64,000 nt of DNA from Eledone cirrhosa (taxonomy: Eukaryota): positions 215,946,001 through 216,010,000 of the forward strand of contig OZ024740.1 in NCBI GenBank assembly GCA_964016885.1, read 5' to 3'. A program made the position numbers and the translations under genes. Positions 27,176-37,019 of the stretch are shown here, piece after piece. How positions within the stretch are numbered: the first letter of the stretch is position 1; every line of letters begins with the position of its first letter. The notes under the pieces were generated by a model. It had not been told where the DNA came from. It ran no database searches and saw only the letters and a list, made by a program, of their open reading frames with translations.

Positions 27176-27390
27176 TACTGTGTGGAAGCCTGACAGATAG
27201 ATAATACATAATTCAAAGGTTCTATTTTATCAAGAGTATGCATGTCTGTGGAATACTCAACCACGTTAATGAAGCTGATCAGACAACAGAATACTCATCA
27301 TTAACAGCCATGAAGGATCCTAAATCACATAACTTATCACCAGTCATCGATGTTGGATAATTTTAATACGAGAAACATTTGTGGTTAAAC

Positions 27391-27421
<31 letters not shown>

Positions 27422-27744
27422 TAAATAAATAAATAAATAATAATAAACTGAATTCCTAAATAAACAAAAATGAAACAAAAATGAAACACAAATGAAACAC
27501 AAATGAAACAAAAACTAAAAATTGAACCAATTAAAAGAAGATATGAAGTAAAGTTTATTTTTTAATAAACTTCTTTAGATTAATGTTAGAAATAAACTGA
27601 AATGAAATAGTTTTATCACTTCATCTATATTACATATACTGTGTGTATTATATATATATTGTATGGTTGTGTCTGTTGAGTGAGTGTATTATATATAGAT
27701 TGTATGTGTTGTGTGTGTATTATATATAATGTATGGTTGTGTGT

Positions 27745-27786
<42 letters not shown>

Positions 27787-27859
27787 TGTGTTGTGTGTGT
27801 GTATATATGTATATATATATATAGATAAAATGTATGTTGTCTGTGTTATGTATAGTAAA

Positions 27860-28240
27860 ATTATGTGTGTATTAATGCATATATGTGTGTAAAATTATGT
27901 GTGTATTAATGTATGTGTGTATTAATGTATGTGTGTGTAAAATTAAGTCTGTGTATTAATGTATGTGTGTGTAAAATTAAGTGTGTATTATTGTATGTGT
28001 GTGTAAAATTAAGTCTGTATTAATGTATGTGTGTAAAATTAAGTCTGTATTAATGTATGTGTGTGTAAAATTAAGTCTGTATTAATGTATGTGTGTGTAA
28101 AATTAAGTCTGTGTATTAATGTATGTGTGTATAAAATTAAGTCTGTGTATTAATGTATGTGTGTGTAAAATTAAGTCTGTGCATTAATGTATGTGTGTGT
28201 AAAATTATGTGTGTATTAATGTATGTGTGTGTAAAATTTT
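27860..28240. repeat. About 30-34-bp minisatellite GTAAAATTAAGTCTGTGTATTAATGTATGTGTGT
   Basis: Directly visible, about 11 copies. Confidence 0.9.
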
Positions 28241-28470
28241 GTCTGTGTGAATGATTGAGTGTATAAAATTGTAGGGAAAATAACTGAGATGTTTTGTCTG
28301 GATATTAATCACACAAACACACATATAGACATATACATGCATACATACATACATATAGAGATGTACATACACACACTTATAGACATGTACATACACACAC
28401 ACATATATATAGACATGTACATACACACACAATAGTGATGGGCAGTAGATACTCATTGTCTTCTTTCTCT

Positions 28471-28501
<31 letters not shown>

Positions 28502-28869
28502 CAGTGTATCCGTGGCAATTACGGTCCTGACATCCATGGTCCCAGTTATTCATGGAATTTTCCATAGAACCTAACTAATAATTGTTCATGGAAACTACCT
28601 CATGGAATCATAAATATCTTCCGCGATTTTTTCATGGCTTTTTTCGTAGCAATATATATTTTTTAAAACTAAATTATTAATAACAATATACCATATTTGC
28701 TGGTCTATTGGATACCCCTCCACATAAGACGCTCCCTCTTTTTTAATCATATTTTACACTATATTTTGACGTTTATAGGCATTTTTATGGACCATGTCCA
28801 ATATTCGCAGTTTTTCACTCTTCGTGAGCGCTCTAGGAACGTAACCCTGTGAATAGCGGGGGACACTTG
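28502..28869. mobile_element. pogo/Tigger-like non-autonomous DNA transposon (MITE)
   Basis: TA-flanked; left end CAGTGTATCCG, right end GGAACGTAACCCTGTGAATAGCGGGGGACACTTG-TA resembles recalled Tigger-type termini; the TIRs are imperfect. Confidence 0.6.
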
Positions 28870-28883
28870 TATATGTATGAATG

Positions 28884-28920
28884 CTGTATACATTTCAGGA
28901 CTTTTGTCCATCTTCAGCAG
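28884..28920 (-). ncRNA. Minimal type I hammerhead ribozyme motif
   Basis: The minus strand reads CTG CTGAAGA T GGAC AAAA GTCC T GAAA TGTA T A CAG: intact core, 4-bp stem II, near-palindromic short stem III (ATGTAT), 3-bp stem I. Confidence 0.65.
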
Positions 28921-29439
28921 GTACCTAATAGTATGGTATACTGAGGCCTGTCTTCAGCAGGTACCTACATAGTATGGTGTATTGAGGCCTGTCTTCAGCA
29001 GGTACCTACATAGTATGGTATACTGAGGCCTGTCTTCAACAGGTACCTACATAGTATGGTATACTGAGGCCTGTCTTCAGCAGGTACCTACATAGTATGG
29101 TGTATTGAGGCCTGTCTTCAGCAGGTACCTACATAGTATGGTATACTGAGGCCTGTCTTCAGCAGGTACCTACATAGTATGGTATACTGAGGCCTGTCTT
29201 CAACAGGTACCTACATAGTATGGTATACTGAGGCCTGTCTTCAACAGGTACCTACATAGTATGGTATACTGAGGCCTGTCTTCAGCAGGTACCTACATAG
29301 TATGGTATACTGAGGCCTGGCTTCAGCAGGTACCTACATAGTATGGTGTATTGAGGCCTGTCTTCAGCAGGTACCTACATAGTATGGTATACTGAGGCCT
29401 GTCTTCAACAGGTACCTACATAGTATGGTATACTGAGGC
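28911..29439. repeat. 41-bp minisatellite, about 13 copies
   Basis: Unit TCTTCAGCAGGTACCTACATAGTATGGTATACTGAGGCCTG; period checked 28951 to 28992. Confidence 0.97.
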
Positions 29440-30877
29440 ACAGAAGTCAATGACTTCTTATATAGGTCTTGTAAATATACTATTTTTGATGAAAGTCTAC
29501 TAACGAGCTTATTTTCAACGACCATTCCACATATTACAATGAAGCTCTTGCTCGGAGTGGATTTGTCGATAAGGTAGCATATACAGAGTATGAGAATAGA
29601 CCTAGAAGAAATAGATCCCGATGCATTATATGGTATAACCCACCATATAATATGGAGGTGGCCACACCATTAGCTAAGATCTTTCTCTCCCTTATTACGA
29701 AGCATTTTCCCCCTACACATAAATATAGTAACATTTTTAATAGAAATACTATTAAAATTTCTTACTCTACGACTCCTAACCTTGCACATAACATCACAGC
29801 TTCAAATTTAGCTAAACTACCTAGCCGTAGGAACACGTGCAACCCTGTAGTTAGTACTAACTGTAATTGTAGGAATCGGGTTGATTGCCCCCTATCCGGG
29901 AAATGCCTCTCTAGTAACATTGTCTACAAATGTAAGGTTGAAACACCCACGTCCCGTAGGGCCTACATTGGGTTAACCGCCAATAGATTCAAGCAGCGTC
30001 TTTACATGCATACCCATTCGTTACCCTCTAAGAAGGAATATGACGTCACTTTCAGCTTATATCTGGAGTCTAAAAGACAACCAGACCCAATATAAGTTAC
30101 ACTGGGAGATCCTAGCTAGGGCTAGATCATATAACGGAAATAAAAAACCATGTGACCTCTGCGCCGCTGAGGCCCTGGAAATACTCTACACCACAGACCA
30201 CATCTTAAACAAAAAATCTGAGGCAATTTCGGCTTGTAAACATAAATTGCACAACACTTTCCTGTATTACAGCCCCACATTATACCCTAACGGATAGTAC
30301 GATCTATACGTGGATATTTTACGTCTTGATGTGGTAGCTAAGTATATGTTATGTTTATACCATTACTTATTTGCATAGGTAAGTAATATATTACCTGTAT
30401 GTTTTGTGAAGGTATGTATACTTTCTAGTACGTATATTTGATTGTATATGTTATGGCGTATATTTTATATATTCTGGTACATATGCTTTTGGTTATGTGT
30501 ATACGTGAGTTTTGCGTCTGTGTGAGTATGCGAGTTCGTACGTATGTAGGGTGTGTGTATATGTGTACTTCGTGTTTTGGTTGACGTGCGTCTCCGAACA
30601 TTTGTGTATTTACATGTAGGTATCTGTGTGCGCTTGTTATATAAGTATTTATTTATTTATATATGTTTATTTAATTATTTGTATACACGCACACACACAC
30701 ATATTTATATGTGCATGTATTTGTATACCTATGACGAGTGTTTTCGCGTATGCTTGTGTATGTACGTATTTGGATGCATGTATGTATTTATTTAATTTCA
30801 ATTACCTCTGTATTGTATTTTATTTACTTTATTCTTAACTCTGAAGCGGAGAATCATTCGGTTTCCTAGTTAGAATT

Positions 30878-31148
30878 TTAGTCTACGACTTCAGTTATAC
30901 CATTTACGTGGTTTTGTCTTTGCGTGCAATTGTTCTCCACGCTCCACATGTGACGTATTATCTTCGTTTTTTCCGTTCATTGCCAGAGAACGTCTCTATG
31001 AACCACCTAAGAGAATATTAGTCTACGACTTCTTTTATACCATAAACGTGGTTCTGTCTTTGCGTGTAATTGTTTTTCACCGCTCCAAATAGTGACGTAT
31101 TATATTCGTTTTTTCCCTTTCTTTGCCAGGGAACGTTTCCACGAACCA
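30878..31148. repeat. Diverged 140-bp tandem duplication in the Penelope-like 3' region
   Basis: TTAGTCTACGACTTC..GAACCA occurs at 30878 and 31018. Confidence 0.85.
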
Positions 31149-31210
31149 AAGTATCATCTTCCTGTCTTCCTCTGGTTGCAACGTTTTTTGAAATATTCAC
31201 TTCTGCGTTC

Positions 31211-31286
31211 ACAGATTGACTTTGTTAGTTTCAGAAGATCCCGTTAAGGGTGAAAGCAGCGATTCTTTGCTTAAACTTTAATCTGT
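31211..31286 (+). ncRNA. Type I hammerhead fold with one core substitution (CAGAAGA)
   Basis: ACAGATTGA-CTTTGTT-AGTTT CAGAAGA T CCC GTTAA GGG T GAAA GCAG CGATTCT TTGC T T AAACT TTAATCTGT: stem I of 5+9 bp with a 7-nt bulge, 3-bp stem II, 5-bp stem III. Confidence 0.75.
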
Positions 31287-31841
31287 TATTTTAATAAATA
31301 TTTGCTCTACGGTTCTTATATATTTGATATATATTTATCCTTATCGAGCCCTCTTTGGATTTTAGTCTTCAAATTTATTATTATTACACACACATATATG
31401 TATATATGTGTGAGAGTATGTAAGTGTGTCTATATTCATGTATGATGATGATGATGATGGTGACAATGATAATGATGCTGATGCTGATGACAATGATGAT
31501 GATGATGGTGATGACAATGATGATACTTTACAAGGGGGAAATAATTTATTGGGTCATTCCCCCCCTCCCAGCAACAAATTGATTAGTGTTGAAATATGAG
31601 AAACCACAAAAGATACCAATTGTTGTTATGTCAGCAGTATTTCTAACATTCATTGTGCTGTTGTTGTTGTTGCTGTTTATTAATATTGCTAACATTCATC
31701 CTGTTGTTGTTGTTGTTTAGTAACATTTTATGCTTTATAATATTGTACACAGGCCTGGTGAGAGTGTTGACATCAGAGAAAGGGTTAATGAAAGACTAAT
31801 TAAAATACACAAATGCACATATACATACATATATATAGGTG

Positions 31842-31872
<31 letters not shown>

Positions 31873-31885
31873 GTACATATACACC

Positions 31886-31917
<32 letters not shown>

Positions 31918-31946
31918 TATATATATATATATAGGTGTATATGTAC

Positions 31947-31993
<47 letters not shown>

Positions 31994-32156
31994 TATATAT
32001 ATATATATATAGGTGTATATGTACATATATATATATATACACACACACATATTTATATAGGTGTATATATACAATCATGTGAATTGGGATATATATATAT
32101 ATTTATATACATACATACATATTTCTCTATATATGTATATATATATACACCTATAA

Positions 32157-32225
<69 letters not shown>

Positions 32226-32289
32226 TTATTCCGGGTTGAATCGGAGGTAACCACAGTAAGTAAGGTACTCAATACAAAGCAGAGTACAA

Positions 32290-32377
32290 AAGTTTTAATA
32301 TAGGACAGCCAGCTTCCTGATGATTTCTCACGAATGAAACAGTTCTAGTCCTGTAGAAGCTCTTCTATATTAAAACT

Positions 32378-32378
<1 letters not shown>
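32290..32378 (+). ncRNA. Type I hammerhead ribozyme with intact core and extended stem I
   Basis: AAGTTTTAATATAGGA-CAGCC-AGCTTC CTGATGA T TTC TCAC GAA T GAAA CAG TTCTAGTC CTG T A GAAGCT-C-TTCTATATTAAAACTT. Predicted cleavage is after GUA at 32355. Confidence 0.85.
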
Positions 32379-32418
<40 letters not shown>

Positions 32419-32502
32419 GTATATATATCTAGGTGCATATGTACATATATGTATATATATGTACATATACACCTATATATATATGTATATATATGTACAT
32501 AT

Positions 32503-32540
<38 letters not shown>

Positions 32541-32548
32541 CTATATAC

Positions 32549-32689
32549 GGCAAAAAAGCACCCAGCACTCACTGTAAATGAGGTTGGTGTTAGGAAGGGC
32601 ATCCAGCTGTAGAAATCAAGCCAGCATCAGTTTCCGTCCCACCCTTGCAAGCAGGGAAAAAGCGGACGTAAAATGAAATGATGATGATG

Positions 32690-32690
<1 letters not shown>
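32549..32690 (+). mobile_element. RTE LINE 3' end fragment with (GAT)n tail
   Basis: GGTTGGTGTTAGGAAGGGCATCCAGCTGTAGAAA..GGACGTAAAATG(ATG)n; shared with the RTE 3' ends at 52760, 55390 and 57647. Confidence 0.8.
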
Positions 32691-32728
<38 letters not shown>

Positions 32729-32730
32729 GG

Positions 32731-32806
<76 letters not shown>

Positions 32807-32841
32807 GGTGTATATATATATATATATATATGTATATATAG

Positions 32842-32910
<69 letters not shown>

Positions 32911-33636
32911 AGTTCACATGATTTCCAAAGAGTCATTGTGTTGTGAAAATGTTCTCTGTGACAGTGAAAATCACCATCACAGCACATGATGAAATACATA
33001 AAAAAACATGTGTATCTCTGTAGTTTAAATAAAGCTTTTCTATTCAATGCATTCAGCTGTTTACAATGGTAAAACTAATTGAGGAAGGAATATTAATTAA
33101 AATAAACCTGAAACTGATTATGAAATATTGCTAGCAAGATGAAGTTATCTTTTACAATTTCACAGTAGAATATTTTTTTCGTATTTTCAGTTTTGTTTCG
33201 TTTGTTTGTTTCAAGCTTCTTGTTCCATGTCAACCTGTGTTTTATTTTAACCTGTAGGTTGTTGTTAGTGGTGGTGGCGGTGGTGATGATGAGGGTGGCG
33301 GTGACAGTGATGGTGGTGGTAGAGGGAGGATTGGTAGTGATGGTGGTGGCAGCAGTGATGATGAGGGCTTGGAGTGGTAACCTGTGTTACAGAAATGTGT
33401 TACAGAGCTGTGTTACAAATGTATGTTACAGAACTGTGTTACAAAGGTATGTTTCAAAAGTATATTATAGAGTTCTGCTACAAAGGTATGTTACAGAGTT
33501 ATGTTACAAAGGTTATGTTACAAAGGTAAATTTAATAACTGTGCTTTATAAATTTATGTTACAGATATGTAAAGGCTTCAACTCATCACAAGAAACTTTA
33601 TGAATATCAAAAGTACATGATTCTAACATCAATCCA

Positions 33637-34295
33637 TGTTAACCTGTGTTACACCTTAACCTGTGCTACATCTTAACCTGTGTTATATGTTAACCTGTGT
33701 TACATATTAACTTGTGTTACATATTAACCAGTGCTACATGTTAACCTGTGCTACATATTAACCTGTGTTACATATTAAACTGTGTTATCTGTTAATCTGT
33801 GTTACATATTAAACTGTGTTATCTGTTAATCTGTGTTACATATTAACCTGTGTTACATCTTAACCTGTGTTACATATTAACCTGTGTTACATATTAAGCT
33901 GTGCTACATGTTAACCTGTGTTATATGTTAACCTGTGCTACATATTAACCTGTGTTACATATTAAGCTGTGCTACATGTTAACCTGTGTTATATGTTAAT
34001 CTGTGTTGCATTTTAACCTGTGCTACATGTTAACCTGTGTTACATCTTAACCTGTGTTACATATTAACCAGTGCTACATGTTAACCTGTGTTACATATTA
34101 ACCTGTGTTACATATTAACCTGTGTTATATGTTAATCTGTGTTACATATTAAGCTGTGCTACATGTTAACCTGTGTTATATGTTAATCTGTGTTACATAT
34201 TAACCTGTGCTACATGTTAACCTGTGTTATATGTTAATCTGTGTTACATCTAACCTGTGTTACATATTAACTAATATCCTATGTTAACCTGTGTC
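33637..34295. repeat. 17-bp minisatellite TTAACCTGTGTTACATA, about 38 copies
   Basis: Directly visible; a degenerate TGTGTTACA precursor tract lies at 33380-33565. Confidence 0.96.
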
Positions 34296-34406
34296 CCAAA
34301 CTAGCATGGTTTTGACAAGTAGTCCTGTTGTGAGTCACATCAAGTCAGATGACCATGTCTTGCTCATACAGAACAGTTTCTGGTTTGGTTTCCAACCACA
34401 TTTACA

Positions 34407-35160
34407 GGACTGGGTGTCTTTTATCATGACACCAACATAACCAATTTACAGTGTGTACTGGGTGCCTTTTATCATGACACCAACATGACCACTTTACAGT
34501 GTGGACTGGGTGTCTGTTATCATGACACCAACATGACCAATTTACAGTGTGGACTGGGTGCCTTTTATCATGACACCAACATGACCAATTTACAGTGTGT
34601 ACTGGGTGCCTTTTATCATGACACCAACATGACCAATTTACAGTGTGGACTGGGTGCCTTTTATCATGACACCAACATGACTAATTTACAGTGTGTACTG
34701 GGTGCCTTTTATCATGACACCAACATGACCAATTTACAGTGTGGACTGGGTGCCTTTTATCATGACACCAACATGACCAATTTACATTGTGGACTAGGTG
34801 CCTTTTATCATGACACCAACATGACCAATTTACAGTGGGGACTGGGTGCCTGTTATCATGACACCAACATGACCACTTTACATTGTGGACTGGGTGCCTG
34901 TTATCATGACACCAACATGACCACTTTACAGTGTGGACTGGGTGCCTGTTATCATGACACCAAAATAACCACTTTACAGTGTGGACTGGGTGCCTGTTAT
35001 CATGACACCAAAATAACCACTTTACAGTGTGGACTGGGTGCCTGTTATCATGACACCAAAATAACCACTTTACATTGTGGACTGACACCAATATGACTAC
35101 TTTACAGTGTTGACTGGGTGCCTGTTACGACACCAACATGACCACTTTACAGTTTGGACG
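34407..35160. repeat. 48-bp minisatellite, about 15 copies, derived from an RTE 3' UTR
   Basis: Unit GGACTGGGTGCCTTTTATCATGACACCAACATGACCAATTTACAGTGT (16-aa periodicity in ORF 34485..35096); similar to 52905-53000 and 57812-57900. Confidence 0.93.
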
Positions 35161-36084
35161 AGGTGCTTTTTTGTGTGTTATAATAAGATAATATTAATTA
35201 AATAATTAAAAAGTAATATTTAAATGAAACAAAAAAAGGGAAAGGAAAAAAAGAGAACCAAACAATGAAGGTGAGGGAGGAATTGACAGATTCTGCCCCA
35301 CCGTCAGACCAGTGATTCGTCCAAGACCTGCAGATAAAATGGTTGAAGGCATTGCCACATAGCATAGCCAGTGACACAGGAATTGAAAAGGATTCTGTAA
35401 AATAAATTTTATATCATGAAGCTGCACTTTAGAGCATAACATAACAAAGATTCTTGCATAAAATTATGATGGAAATGTTTTAGATAAATATGAACACTTT
35501 AAAATAAACAGTTTAGTTACATAGAACAAGAAGCAGTTTCATGCAGTTTGGTATCAAAAGGGTAAATTCCATCTACCCAAGAACAAAGGTAGTAGGTAAA
35601 AGCTATTTTATACTTTTATTAACAGATATAAAGTAACGTGGTTAGCTAAGAGACATAACCCAAAATATTGTCAAATCTAGTTTTGGATTACTGTTTTAAA
35701 CTAAAGACTCTGTAACTCACACTTGTAACATATCTCTGTAACACACCACTGTAACACACACTGTCACCTGTAACAGACCACTGTCACAAAGATCTATAAT
35801 TCAACTTTGTAACACACTTCAATTACATACATCTATAACGTGCCTCTTGCAACACACCTCTGTAACATACACCTTGTAACACACCTCTGTAACACAATTT
35901 TAACACACTTCTGTCACATAAATCTATAATGTACTTCTTGTAACACACTGCTCTAACACACTGCTGTAACAATGGATCTCTCTGCCCCCCAATCCCCCAA
36001 GCCACCACCCCTGCTATATGAATGATGCAATAGTAAAAATTGATAACAATTATTAAATATAACTTGAGGAAGGATGGGGCAAGA

Positions 36085-36410
36085 AAAGGGAGGGTGTTGG
36101 TAGCAGGGAGGGTGGGGAAAAGAAATGGCGTTGGAAGCAGGGAGGGTGGGGAAAAGAGAGGGTGTTGGTAGCAGGGAGGGTGAGGGTAAAGAGAGGGTGT
36201 TGGTAACAGCAAGGGTGGGACAAGAGAGGGTGTTGGTAGCAGGGAGGGTGGGAGAAAGAGAGAGTGTTGGTAGCAGAGAGGGTGGGACAAGAGAGGGTGG
36301 GGGAAAGAGAGGGTGGGGGAAGCAGGGGAAAGAGAGGGTGTTGATAGCAGGGAGGATGGGGTAAGAGAGGGTGTTGATAGCAGGGAGGGTAGGGGAAAGA
36401 GAGGGTGGGG
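36085..36410. repeat. Degenerate purine-rich ~33-bp repeat (GAGGGTGTTGGTAGCAGGGAGGGTGGGGAAAAGA)
   Basis: Directly visible. Confidence 0.8.
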
Positions 36411-37019
36411 TGTTGTATTAGAAGCTAGTGAAACCAAAATAATAAAACCTGAAGAAATAAACTAGAGATAAATAATGTAGAGTTGGTCTGAGAAGTGGAG
36501 CGGTCAGTTGATGACCACCACCACGGGACCAGAGGTTAACTTGAAATGACTGAACGATAACCACCACCACCATTGCTCTCACCAGCACTATCACCATCAT
36601 CACCACTACCACAATCACCACCATCATCATCACCATCACTACCATGATCACCACCACTACCACCACCACCACTCCCACCCACACCACCATCACTCCCACC
36701 CCCAGTAACACCACCACCAAGGGAGAAAAGGAGGAGTGAAAGGGAGAGAGAAAAAGGGAGAACAGAGGGAGAGAGAAAGGGGAGTGAGAGGAAGAGAAGA
36801 GGGAGAGGAGGGTGAGAGGGAGAGAAGGGAGTGAGAGAGAGAGAGAGAGAAAGAATGGTAAAAGGAAGAAGAAATAAACAAACAAAAAAATCAATATCTC
36901 TCTCTCTGTGAGAAATCGATATTCCTGCCATTATTATAACACTATTACCTTGGTTGCTGCAATTAAGAGAGAATGGGGGGGGGGGGGGTCTATTCTTACA
37001 TGTTGTTGTTGTTGTTGAT

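Larger units (their letters stand above)
29496..31385 (+). mobile_element. 5'-truncated Penelope-like retroelement (RT thumb/linker plus GIY-YIG endonuclease, probably Naiad type) with 3' pseudo-LTR region
   Basis: YYNEALARSGF..IIWYNPPYN..FLSLITKHFP..IFNRNTIKISYS..CNCRNRVDCPLSGKCLSSNIVYKCKV..YIGLTANRFKQRLYMH, then after a frameshift TSLSAYIWSLK..WEIL..CDLC..ILNKKSE..CKHK. Hammerhead at 31211-31286 and AATAAA at ~31293. Confidence 0.9.
31815..32908. repeat. (TA)n-rich tracts hosting two small inserts
   Basis: Directly visible. Confidence 0.95.

Noticed and set aside
29652-30297. Selenocysteine recoding, reported for some Naiad-type elements
   Set aside because: The conserved cysteines here are ordinary TGT/TGC codons with no in-frame TGA; the break between the two ORFs is a frameshift.
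30831-30877. CTGAAGC within a hairpin in the Penelope-like 3' region
   Set aside because: There is no GAAA half-core, so it is not a hammerhead as it stands.
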